NCBI RefSeq assembly: GCF_026571515.1 | Contig: NW_026866698.1 | Location: forward strand, 62,001 to 126,000 | DNA: 64,000 nucleotides | Source: Ruditapes philippinarum | Taxonomy: Eukaryota | Direction of reading: 5' to 3' | Shown here: positions 1-11,464 of the stretch, piece after piece | Position numbering within the stretch: the first letter of the stretch is position 1 | Layout of the letters: every line of letters starts with the position of its first letter | Translations under genes and position numbers: made by a program | The notes under the pieces: model-generated | Told to the model about the DNA's origin: nothing | The model's input: only the letters and a program-made list of their open reading frames with translations | Databases searched by the model: none

Positions 1-42
1 AAACATGTACCTATTATCAATTTCAGATATTTACTGTACAGA

Positions 43-3000
43 ATGCTTTTTCAGAAATTACTTCAAAGAGTGTCAAGGATTGCTTGTCAGAACTGCAAAT
101 CTAGTGTAGGTTGTCCATTAGAAAAAGTTAAATCTGTAAGCCTGACGAAAAAAACAAAATTTAAAAATAAAGTTGTGATATTAATTATGTTATTTGAAGT
201 TTTACTCTGTCATTAGTTCACAAAGAATTTATTTCTGGAATATTATTTAAGAAATTTTCTTATAAAAATCAGTTCAATGTGAAATATATGTATTTATGAC
301 GCAGTGCATATATTAATTCCTTTTATCAAATTAATTAAATGTAATAAACATTTGCAATTTATTATTGTATTGAATGTTCAAATGGTTTTAAATGTGTTTT
401 GTAATATTCTTATATATTGTACAATAGACATTTAAGCAGGCGATCAAATATTCTACCTCATCTGCAAGTGATGTTCCAGTATATAAACTAAGCTCAAGGG
501 GAATTGTTCGAGTTAAGGGGCGAGATACTATTCAGTTTCTACAAGGGCTTGTTACCAGTGATGTTGAATGCCTGGGATCTGTGATGGGAGCTCAGTACTC
601 TATGCTGTTGAATATTCAGGTAAAATAAGATTGCCATGAGTGTTAAATACAGGATATTTCAGCATTCAGGGTTGTCTTTAAGATTTTTCTGAGAAGGTTT
701 ATTTTAAGGTTTGAGTCTGTCATTTTTAATTTTATCACATGAAGCAAAGAGTGTTTTCTATGATTTGAAGCGGCACAAAATGCATTTGAGACAGGCATTT
801 TGATCTCTTACCACTGATTCAAGAATCATTCGGAATTATTAGTTGGTCAATGGCAGAGAAATTGGTAATTACTGCTTAGTTATATGGGAAAGTTTGTTTG
901 GTGGACTAATCATTGTGATAAGACCAAAATGTGTTAAAATCAGCATAAAAACCAGATAAACAACAAAAAAACAAAAAAAAAACATGAATAATGGTTAAAT
1001 TTATTAGCATCTGATACACATACAGCTTGCCAGTATGATTTCCACAAGGCATATTTCTTCCTCTTATGAATACAGTCATTTAAGCTTAACAATGATTGGT
1101 TGATTTACCCACTTTCAACTAGTCCAAGAATTGCAACTTTGGCATTGATGCTTTTTAAATAAAGATTGAAATACCAGAAAAGATCCCTTGTTATTATTTG
1201 TTATGCCTAAAGTCTTCAGTGTTATCTCTTTGTCTTGCTGTAGTGTACCAGTTGAAATGAAACAGGTAGGCATCCAATGTAAATATGTTGGTACAGTTGA
1301 AAAATTAGTCATGTAACTCATTGATACTTAGGCAGTGTACCACTTGCCGCTCATTGCTGTCGGTTCCATTCTTGAAGGGGACTTTTGATTCTTTCATGTG
1401 AGGAAGCTATCCAGCTAGCTTACGGAACATTGGTGGTTCTGCTAAAGTGCTCTGCTCATTCATGCCTGAAATAATGCACGAAGGGCACCTGAGCTCTTCC
1501 TCACCACCAGTAAAGCTAGAAAGTAGCCATTTGACCTATACTGTGTTGGTGCAACTAAAATCCAACCAAAAGGGAAAAAAGACTTAGGTAGTGTATTGTG
1601 TAATTTAACTTTGCTGGACTGTTGTACAAATAAATAAGAAAATACCATCACAATCCATTGTTGAGTTACGACCCTTTGATACTTCAAAAGATACATGTAC
1701 CTGTTTTTTGCATTCCTTCTCTTTAGACTGGTTTGTGTCAATACTGTTTCAACCTTTCAATAACTGTTTCAACTTCTGTAATGCACCTTTTGACTAACCT
1801 GACCCCCATAAAAACCAGATAAGCAACCCAAAAAAAACAAGCATGAATAATGGTTAAATGGTTTCAGCATCTGATCCACATATAGCTTGCCATTATGATT
1901 TCCACAAGGCATATTTCTTCCTCTTATGAATACAGTCATTTAAGCTTAACAATGATTGGTTGATTTACCCAGTTTCAACTAGTCCAAGAATTGCAACTTT
2001 GACATTCCTCCAACAATACTGTAGAGCTAATAGTCATGATATTAAAGTGAGCTTCTATGGTCCACATGTTAGACCTGCTGTCATTAATTCACTTCACTTT
2101 CACAGCTGGAAATTCAGTCCAACCAGGGGGGGTGGGGGGCAAGACTATGAATTATTTTATGTTACAAAGCTGTGTAGCTAGTTGTAAGCTATCAACATAC
2201 TTTACAGAAGGTTGATGGTTGTACACTGGTGCCAGCTCTTGTGATGATCTGAATTTTGCTGGTATGAATTTCAACCAAATGGCCACCAAGTGTGCAGCTC
2301 TCAGTGACATTATTCTTGGGTCCTAGGTCTTCATTATACGCCCGTTTGAAAAACGGGACGTATTATGGGAACGCCCCTGGCGGGCGGGCGGGCGGGCGGC
2401 GTCCAATTTTGTCCGGAGCATATCTCCTACATGTATGGAGGGATTTTAATGAAACTTCATAGAAATGTTCACCACTATGAGGAGCAGTGTCGCGCACATG
2501 AACCAGGTCTCTAGGTCAAAGGTCAAGGTCACACTTAGAGCTCATTGAAAATGCTTGTCCGGAGCAAAACTTCCACATGTATAGAGGGATTTCAATATTA
2601 CTTGGCACAAATGTTCACCATTGTGAGGCGGAGTGTCGCGTGCAAGATTCAGGTCCTTGCGGCCAAGGTCAAGGTCACACATAGAGGTCAAAGTTCAGAT
2701 AAAAATATGAAGATGTGTATATGGACCATTTAGTCATCATTTATTGAGGGATTGTAACACAAATGGTCATTATCAAGACTATGGCTGTGATACATATAAT
2801 TTAGGTCAATATATACAGGTCAAGGTCACTAAAGATGATGAAATATCCAGATTTTGTAAATAGAATTTAATCAAAGGGGGACAACAAAGTTATTACTTTG
2901 TTCATAAATGACTTACACAATTACTCCCCTTGATCTACTTTCACTTTCAATTCTAAAAATAGAATTTAATCAAAGGGCATAAAATAATCCTCTTTCTTGG

Positions 3001-6000
3001 ACTTGAGTATGTTCTAAAGAATGTAACATTTATTTACACATGTTTCATTCATTGGTCAAGATTCTTAACTGTGATAACTATGGTGTTCTGTAGCCTTTGT
3101 ATTTGTTCATAAAGATCATACAGTAATTACCTTATCAAATGTAAATACTTTCTCATAGAAATTTAATTATATTTTAATTTTCAAGTAAATATCAGTTCAG
3201 CTCTCCTACATGTATGGAGGGATTTTCATGAAACTTCATAGAAATGTTCACCACTATGAGGAGCAGTGTCGCGCACATGAACCAGGTCTCTAGGTCAAAG
3301 GTCAAGGTCACACTTGGAGCTCATTGAAAAATGCTTGTCCGGAGCAAAACTTCCACATGTATAGAGGGATTTCAATATTACTTGGCACAAATGTTCACCA
3401 TTGTGAGTTGGAGTGTCGCGCGCGCAAGATTCAGGTCCTTGCGGCCAAGGTCAAGGTCACACATAGAGGTCAAAGTTTAGATAAAAATATGAAGATGTGT
3501 ATAGGGACGATTTAATCATCATTTATTGAGGGATTGTAACACAAATGGTCATTATCATGACTACGGCTGTGACACATGTACTTTAGGTCAATATATGCAA
3601 GGTCAAGGTCACTAAAGATGGTGAAATATCCAGATTTTGTCTGGAGCATATCTCCTACATGTATGGAAGAATTTTTATAATACTTTATGGAAATGTTCAC
3701 CACCATGATATATGTATTGCTCCATGCATGATCCAGGTCTCCAGGTCAAAGGTCAAGGTCACACTTAGAGCTCATTGAAAAACGCTTGTCGGGAGCAAAA
3801 CTTCTACATTCATAGGGGGATTTCAATATAACTTGGCACAAATGTTCACCATTGTGAGGCTGAGTGTCGCACGCAAAATTCAGATCCCTGCGACCAAAGT
3901 CAGTGTTACACATAGAGGTCAAAGTTCAGATAAAAATTTGAAGATGTGTATAGGGACCATTTAGTCATCATTTATTGATGGATTGTAGCACAAATGGTAA
4001 CTATCATGACTACAGGTGTGACACATTTAATATAGGTTAATATTTGTAAGGTCAAGGTCACTGGAGATGATTAAATATCCAGATGTTGTCCGGAGCATAT
4101 TTTCTACATGCATGGAGGAATTTTAATGTTACTTTATAGAATTGTTCACCACCATGAGACGTAGTGCCCTGCACATAAACCAAGTCTCTAGTTTTATTGT
4201 TGGTATACTCATTGCATATATGTAATTTCAAGTTACATTTTAATCTTACAAGATTTTGCTTTTTCTCATAGACACCTATGAAAATCTGTGTTACCGAGGT
4301 GTTAAATCATTACATTTTCCTTAAAAGTCTCCAAAAACTGAACTTCCTTTTCACAATTTATTTTATTTAAAAAAAATCATCAAAAATATAAAGTAGGAAT
4401 ATATATTGTTAGTACCGCAACATTAGAATCAAACAGTGGATCTGAAGATATAATTACAGTCAAACACAGAATGACATGAATATTGATCTGTATATTTCAG
4501 GGCCGTGTACAGTATGACTTGATATTGTATGATGTAAGTCAGATATACGGGGAGAAGGCAGTGTTTATGGAGTGTGATAGAAACATGGTTAATCAGCTTA
4601 TAACAGATATAAAAAAATACAAGATTAGAAAAAAGGTACAAAAATTATCATTCAGTTTCGAAGAAAGTAATGTATTTCCTTCAAACATGGTTTGTGATGC
4701 CCTTATAATTGTTATTTCACTGATGTGTTGTTGTACATGTACATAGACAGTGTATAATTATTGTTATTATTATGTTTGTTTTTCAATCTGGTTAGTAGCT
4801 GATGTAACAATATCATACAATAATTATAGTGGTTATTTTTATTGTAAATTTTAATAATATTATATGACTGAAAAGTTAAAAGAAGTACTTACAGTTTTTA
4901 TTTAACACAGGTTAGCCTGGATGATTTAAGTTCCAGTTATCATGTATATGCAACAGTATCTGATAAAGGCGGCCATCTTATAGAACTGGCGTCTGCTGCA
5001 GTAGAAACTACAGATCCTAGAGTAACAGATTTTGGATTGAGAATAATTAGTGAAAAAGGTATGTTGATAACGTTGAATAATAAATTTGTAGATTTCCTAA
5101 TGACTGTACATAGGCAGATCAGTTTGTATATAGGCACAGACTTACCACAATCTATATACTGCAGACTGCTCAAATTTAGGTTTTTGATATTGAAACCCAT
5201 TTAAATAACAAGTCAATTCATAATATTAACTGAAATTTATATGCAACATTCTCTTTAAGTTTTATGGGGTCCTTTGCTTTACTGAGTACTCAGGCTCACA
5301 GGTTTACCCTAAAGTGCTTAAGGGGCACCTGAGGGATCTTTCTTTCACCGAGAAATTGGAAGGTTGCCATATGACCTAAACTGTGTTGGCCTGAGTTGAT
5401 TTTGTAACCAAAAAAAAAATAGTAGAAAGTTTGAAAAGCAACGTATTGATAATTTTAGATAACTTTTTAATGCAATGAATACTTAGGGCTGTACATGGTC
5501 TTTCAAAGAAATTTCTATTTAGTTAAAATGATTTGACTTGTGTTGTTTTATCACCCATTTAGTAACAACAAGTTAAGAATTCCTTTCATACAGAACTATT
5601 CAATTTCAAAACATGTATTATATATTGTGTCTTATAAGTTAAGTGGTTTCTTTACATAAGGGGTATTTGCCTCGATATACATATATACTAGTTGCTAACT
5701 ACATTATACATTTGTTTTCTTGATTTCAGATCCTTGTGATGTTGTAGAAGATGAAGCCGGGTACCATGAAAGTAGGTTACAGTGGGGAATCCCAGAGGGC
5801 CCACAAGATCTTCCTCCAGGAAATTGTTTTCCTTTAGAGAGTAATCTAGTCTTTATGAATGGAGGTATACATTCATTTATACTTATCACATGTGAACAAG
5901 TGTCAATTTCTTGATTGTTTTGTTTGATTTGTTGGTTCTTTAATAATTATGGAAGTTGTATAAAACATAAACTGCAAATATGTTTACAATGTTTGATATG

Positions 6001-7379
6001 ATAGAAATTTAAGAAATTGTTTACATTTAGTAGTACATAAAAGTTTGTTTTCGATTATTAGCTTAATTTTATCTAATAAAAGGGAGTAAGCTTGTAGGAC
6101 CCAGATGGATGGCTCTGCTCTTAAAAATCACAATCCTTGAATATTCTTCTAGAGATATTCTTCTTATAGTGCTTAAAGTAATCACATAGGGGTTTGGGGT
6201 GGGGAACAGAGAAGCTATGTGGTTTAAGCTCACCCCCCCCCCCTTCAACCCCCTCCCCCCACACACACACTCACATACATGTAAATAGCTATATAAAGGG
6301 TCAGTCATCATGTGGTATCTCTCCCACCAGTAAAGCTTAAAAGTTTCTATAGGATTCTTTATGGTTGTCATTGTAACCTGAAAATGAAATGCAAACAAAA
6401 TTGAATTTTCAAGTGCATGATCTGATATGATATTTTGAATATTTTCAGTGAGTTTTAGTAAAGGCTGTTATTTAGGTCAGGAGCTGACAGCAAGAACACA
6501 TCATACTGGTGTAACACGGAAACGTATAATGCCACTCGTATTTGAAAAGTAAGTTGTTTAATTGTTTGAAATGTTGAGTCAAGCTTGCTTATGATTTCTA
6601 GTTTTGGGGAACTGTTTAATGTGATTTTGAGGTAACAGGGGTCAAGTTCAAGGCCATATTGAGGCTGAAAATATCTGTAAGAAAGAAATATGCTTTGATA
6701 TATCCTTGAGAGCGAATGTTGCATGCACAAAGTAGTTGCTAAGCAACAAAATCCTTCTAAAAATAGCAGCAAAAATATTTTGTTCCAGAACATTTTATTC
6801 AGTTTACAAACAATATTCATGTGTGATAAATAACAGAAACATTTTATGTTACAATTCTTCATAGAATCAGCCATAAGATTATTGTAACAGTATTATATTA
6901 CTGTTTATAAACTGTTCAAGTGATTAATATTTTCATCCTTATCTATGGTGTCCCATGGCTTAGTGGTTAATTTGTCCAACCAGTAATCTAAGGATGTGCG
7001 GGTCAAAGCCCTGTCAGGGGGGGGGGGGAGCGGTTGTTTCATTGAGCAAGAAACTTACATGTAACTGTTTAGTTCTGGTTGATTTCAGGAAAAGACTGAG
7101 AATGTGTAATTTAAAAAGCTTATAGTGAACTAAAATAACTTCTGTATAATGCAAACACTGTTTCCATATTTTAGGCATCCAGGGAACATTGAGCCAGGGG
7201 AGACAATTCAAAATGAAAGCAATAAAAATGTAGGGAAGTTTAGAAGTTCCTGTGGTATATATGGTCTTGGACTGTTGAGAACAAATGATGTTGCAGGCAA
7301 TCTTTTAGTGAAAAATACACAACAAGAAACTGTCAGCTTGAAAGCTGTAATACCAAAATGGTGGCCGGAATCAACCTAA
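43..7379 (+). CDS. IBA57: Mitochondrial iron-sulfur cluster assembly factor IBA57 (YgfZ/CAF17 family), 7 coding exons, ~335 aa
   Basis: Exons 43-135, 428-619, 4501-4635, 4911-5058, 5730-5864, 6449-6548 and 7175-7379. All introns are GT-AG and the exons sum to 1008 nt in frame. The N-terminus [17 protein letters not shown] resembles a mitochondrial presequence. Motifs: [76 protein letters not shown] (YgfZ signature KGCYxGQE), ending PKWWPEST. Confidence 0.95.
948..2006. repeat. ~195-bp direct duplication inside IBA57 intron 2 (copies ~948-1145 and ~1810-2006)
   Basis: The near-identical block ...CATGAATAATGGTTAAAT...GATTTCCACAAGGCATATTTCTTCCTCTTATGAATACAGTCATTTAAGCTTAACAATGATTGGTTGATTTACCC...GTCCAAGAATTGCAACTTT occurs twice about 860 bp apart. 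Confidence 0.9.
1340..1570 (+). mobile_element. tRNA-derived SINE with Meta/MESC-type core (5'-degenerate copy)
   Basis: Core GAGGAAGCTATCCAGCTAGCTTACGGAAC...GCCTGAAATAATGCACGAAGGGCACCTGAG...CTTCCTCACCACCAGTAAAGCT is shared with copies at 21372, 25500, 39130 and 50130. Confidence 0.75.
2334..4190 (+). mobile_element. Helentron/HINE-like non-autonomous element carrying a ~450-bp higher-order repeat of three ~150-bp subunits
   Basis: The 5' end TTATACGCCCGTTTGAAAAACGGGACGTAT (short inverted repeat) is followed by a (GGCG)n microsatellite. Then come repeated units containing TGTCCGGAGCA...AATGTTCACCA...GGTCAAGGTCAC, with about 3 full units plus a partial one and an interruption at ~2855-3200. 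I did not find the 3' terminus. Confidence 0.65.
6948..7110 (+). mobile_element. Second tRNA-derived SINE family (degenerate); related reverse-strand remnants at ~21010-21060 and ~48520-48680
   Basis: A-box-like TGGCTTAGTGG and B-box-like GGGTCAAAGCC, then TTGAGCAAGAAACTT...TAGTTCTGGTTGATTTCAGGAA. The reverse complement of the latter matches 48540-48600. Confidence 0.5.
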
Positions 7380-7785
7380 AATTTTATATATTACATTTTA
7401 TTTATAAATTACTTTAGAGATCTTGTGTTTGAGGAACATGTTTGATTTGATAAAATTTTGTAATCAAGCAGTTTGTATGTGTGAACCTTTTTTGAGATTT
7501 AATTTTTAAATGTAAGGCTTATATCAAAGAAAAATAAAACCTTTGACAATATGTAGAATTTTCCTCTTGTATGAACAGTACACCTACGTTATATTGTGTG
7601 ACATTCTTTTAAAATCTTTGACAGGTTATATAAACGTTGTTTGCAAATATGACCCAAGTTGTTAGGCAATGGTTATATTACAAATATTCTTTTTTATACG
7701 GCCAGATAACCTGTCAAGAATCTTTATAACAAATTTATAAGACTGCAAACTTCTTTTTAGAGATTACTTTTATAAATAGACAGCT

Positions 7786-7870
7786 AGTTGGTTTGATGTG
7801 GGTAGTTTTCACTCCAGATCACGGTACCAAGCCACACTGAATTTACTAGAGCACAGTTCAGCTACCCATA
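7786..7870. repeat. ~80-bp dispersed repeat; second copy at ~36826-36905
   Basis: GGTAGTTTTCACTC..GATCACGG...AAGCCACA.TG.ATT.AC.AGAGCACAGTTCAGC occurs in both places. Confidence 0.7.
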
Positions 7871-8540
7871 TAGTTTATATAAACATGAAGATTATCCAGT
7901 GAAAAACGACTTTACAAACGTGCAGTAATATAAATATTATTTAATTATACGTGCGTCTACGTTAACATTATGATTACATATTTAAGTAAGAAAAACTGAC
8001 TAAAAAACGTTTCCTACAGTATTGCATTTTGAATTACTTAAGTAAAAAATGCAGTACTAAAGTATCTTTAGAAAGGTCTTAAAATAGTAAGTTTGTTTAA
8101 CTGAACTAAGTAGATAACATGCAAATCCATACAAGTTCGTGTTTAAGCATGTCATGCATTCAGTCAATTTAGCAAACTATGCACATGTATGAATTAAAAG
8201 TTTATATGTAAATTGCTTATAATCATTTCCCCTATTATGATGTAAACGCAATGCAAACCTGGACTACTTGTTTAGAACATTGCATGCAGTAATGTCTCCG
8301 CATTATTTATTTAACATGCAATATCATCAGATCTTTTGTTGAGATAATTCTTTCACAAATATTCTAAATCATTTACTTAATCAATGCTCGCATTTGATTG
8401 ATTTTCTTTCAAGATAATTTTTCAACCAGGTCTTGCAACGGAAAACCTTGATTAGATTGGTAAAATATTAGCGGTCGGGGTGCATAAGGGTGCATAATTA
8501 CAGGCATATACCATTTCTTAACAGGCGGTAGAATGTACTT

Positions 8541-8761
8541 GAGCCGCGTCACGACAAAACCAACATAATGAGTTTGCGACCAGCATGGATCCAGACCAGC
8601 CTGTGCAATCACGCAGTCTGATCAGGATCCATGCTGTTCGCTTATCAACTCTATTACAAGTGGAGAAACTGACAGCGAACAGCATGGAACCTGATGCGCA
8701 AGCTGGTCTTGATCCATGCTGGTCGCAAACCCATAATGTTGGTTTTGTCCTGACGCGGCCT
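8541..8761. mobile_element. Fold-back MITE family A, copy 1 (GAGCC termini, 4-bp flanking duplication; Sola-like by inference)
   Basis: Long TIRs GAGCCGCGTCACGACAAAACCAACAT...GCGACCAGCATGGATC and their reverse complement, flanked by ACTT on both sides. It is 14 bp shorter than copies 2 and 3. Confidence 0.85.
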
Positions 8762-9423
8762 ACTTAAGGGATTTCAACCAAATTTTTACAGAATGTAAAA
8801 TCTCCGGCGCATAGTATCATGATTTTGGGATTTGTTAATTTTTAACAGAATTGTGACTTTTCGCATTTTGTGAAGATTAAAACCCGGTCGATATTTTTAC
8901 AATTTCCTGTTATATTAAATACAATGTACATGTGATAGTAAATAAAATAATGCTGATTGTTGCTTGTGTATCTATATGGAAACTGAATGTATTTCTATAT
9001 ATATTTCTTTTGTTTCAATGATTTATTTATTATCACCATATCCTAACAACAGCTGGTCTACTATATAGCAAATTTAAACCACTATCTCTTTTGTGTTAAA
9101 TTTAGCGCTGCTAGTTTGTACATGTAGAGCCTTTAACACAGATGAAGTCCTCCTATTTTGACTGTGTCATGACTGCTGTAGATAAAAGCATAAAATTGAA
9201 GATAAAGGCGTTACGTTTAGGGCTGAAGGTCAATTTAAATTTATCATTCAGTTATATGTTTAAGTGGACCTCATATTTGAACTGCGGGTTTAACAGCGTT
9301 TGTAGATAATGATTTGTGGATGCCGCACGATAGTGGAATGTGTGTGTAAAGTCATAGATAACGACACTCTTCGTGAAGGGATTGTCTCAAACGTTGACAA
9401 AACCGCGGAAAAATGGCTGTCAC

Positions 9424-10000
9424 TGCGATATATGTGTGCATGACTATTGTAGTATTACATTTCATTGCGAGACATTCGTTCATTGCGATATGCCGCTAAA
9501 TTCATGTACGCGCTTCCATTGCGATATTCCGCTGTGCATTCATGTACGCCCGTTCATTGCGATAGGCTTTGCACGTTCATTGCGATATGCGTGTACATCG
9601 CGATTGTAGTATATATGTATTACATTGCGAGGCATGCGTTCATTGCGATATGCCGCTGCACTCATGTACGCGCGTTCATTGGGATATGCGCGTACATTGC
9701 TTTATTTGCATTCATTTTTCTATTTATGTATTACATTGAAAGCTTTGCTCTATTTATGTAATACATTGCAAGCTTTGCGTTCATAATGATGTGTGTTTTT
9801 ATTGCTGTACATGCGTTCATTGGTGTTTTGCTTTGTTGGATTTCAAGCCACACTGACATCGTAAAAGTTGTTTATTGTAATGTATGCATGCTGCTGTAAT
9901 TGTAATATATTCGTGCATTGCGACAATTGCCGTGCATTGCGACAATTGCCGTGCATTGCGACAATTACCCGTGCATTGCGACAATAGCCCGCATTGCGAT
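9424..10000. repeat. Degenerate CATTGCGA-based minisatellite, including ~4 copies of a 19-20 bp unit GTGCATTGCGACAATTGCC at 9913-9999
   Basis: CATTGCGA(T/C) recurs more than 10 times in a region that is CpG-rich relative to its flanks. Confidence 0.75.
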
Positions 10001-10461
10001 ACACGTGCTTTACGTGAGTGAATAAGATCGAAAATCTAATCATTTTACAAAAGCATAAGTAAAAACCAATAAAGCAACCATTGCAGCACATAAAACTTGT
10101 CCAAACACTTGTTCTGTTTTTATCTACAAAGCTTAACTGTAATGAATTTGTTTTGATTACTTATCCCGTTTTAAACTGGGGAATTTGTTTTAGAAGATCT
10201 TTGAGTCTGGTCTAAAGTGTTTTGATATTGAGAACACGTCTACAGTACAATTATTCAGCCTGAACGCGGATGTTAAATTTGGCCTTATTTTATATACTTA
10301 TTGCAATAGAGGTTTTATTGTAGTGCTTTTATTTGGCGGAATTTGATTCCAGTTTCAAAAATGAATATTTCATAATAGCTGTTTAATTACGAGCACGTGT
10401 TTTGTACTATAATTTGATGAAAGTGATAAATTACATGTAGTACTGAACCCGATTTAACATA

Positions 10462-10641
10462 CAGTCAAACCCACGTTAAAGACCATCTCTAAGTACAGAC
10501 CACCCTGCAAATAAAGCCACATTTCGACAAATCGTCATTGATTAAAAAGAACAAAGTAACCTCTAAATAAAGTCCACTTGTCTATAGAGGCCATGTTCTG
10601 TCACTAACTTGGATTACCTGTTTGTTCACAAGTTTGACTGT
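10462..10641. mobile_element. Tc1/mariner-type MITE (CAGTCAAAC...GTTTGACTG); related copy at 24383-24536
   Basis: TA|CAGTCAAACC...AAAGACCA internal repeats...AAGTTTGACTG. The second copy reads TA|CAGTCGAACC...AGGTTTGACTG|TA with a TA duplication. Confidence 0.7.
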
Positions 10642-11464
10642 CTAATGATTACGTAATGATTACAGAACTTTCTTTACCTACCGTTTACTAGTTTTCTTTA
10701 TTTAATATAATAAACATGTTTCCCGTTTCGTGCAGAATAATTAAAATTTTTCCTTAATTGAAAATGCGTATGAAAAGGAAAAAAAAACAACAGTGCTTGA
10801 TTTTCAAGTACCATCTACTTATGTTAAAGTAGTTTATTTGACATTGTGTCAAATGACATTTATTTTTAATGATTCCCGGAAAATTATGTTGAAGTGACTG
10901 TTGCTCAACGAATAGGAAGCAATAATTTAGTATTTATATTTACGTAGTTGAGTGGTATCGTTTTAAACATGTTGAGAATTTTAAATCATGAGAATTTTAA
11001 ATCATGAGAAGTTCCCTGTAGTTGTTGATATTAAATATACCGGAGATAGAATTTATCAATCAGCAATAGGACAAAAACTGATAATGAAATGTTAAAGACC
11101 TTATTTTCAGTTTTTTTTCAAAGTGTAAATAAAGCTACATGTATATATGAGTATCCTTTATGTCTAGCTTAGATATTTTTGCGCTCTTATGAAATTTATA
11201 CTGAATTTTAGACATAAATACAATGTGATTCCATGACACAAATGAGTAAGGATTTTTTTACTTGTATAGAAAAGTGAATGATGGATTGTGATTTAAAAAA
11301 AGAACGTGGACATTTTTATTCTTTTATTACGATTTCCTGGTATATTCCGACAAGGGTATACTGAAACATGTGATAAATATAAAGGGTGATAGGATTTAAA
11401 AATAAATCAAGAAGAGAAAAGAAATTTTAAAATAATTCGAGATCTAGAGTTCACATTTTTGTAC

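Noticed and set aside
2545-3706. Similar short ORFs at 2545, 3324 and 3512
   Set aside because: They are translations of the repeat units of the Helentron-like element, with no protein motifs.
11459-11464. ORF-track starts at TTG/GTG (e.g. 11459, 17003)
   Set aside because: This is a eukaryotic locus, so starts were reassigned to ATG 11465 and ATG 17045. The region 17003-17020 is a polypyrimidine tract and splice acceptor.
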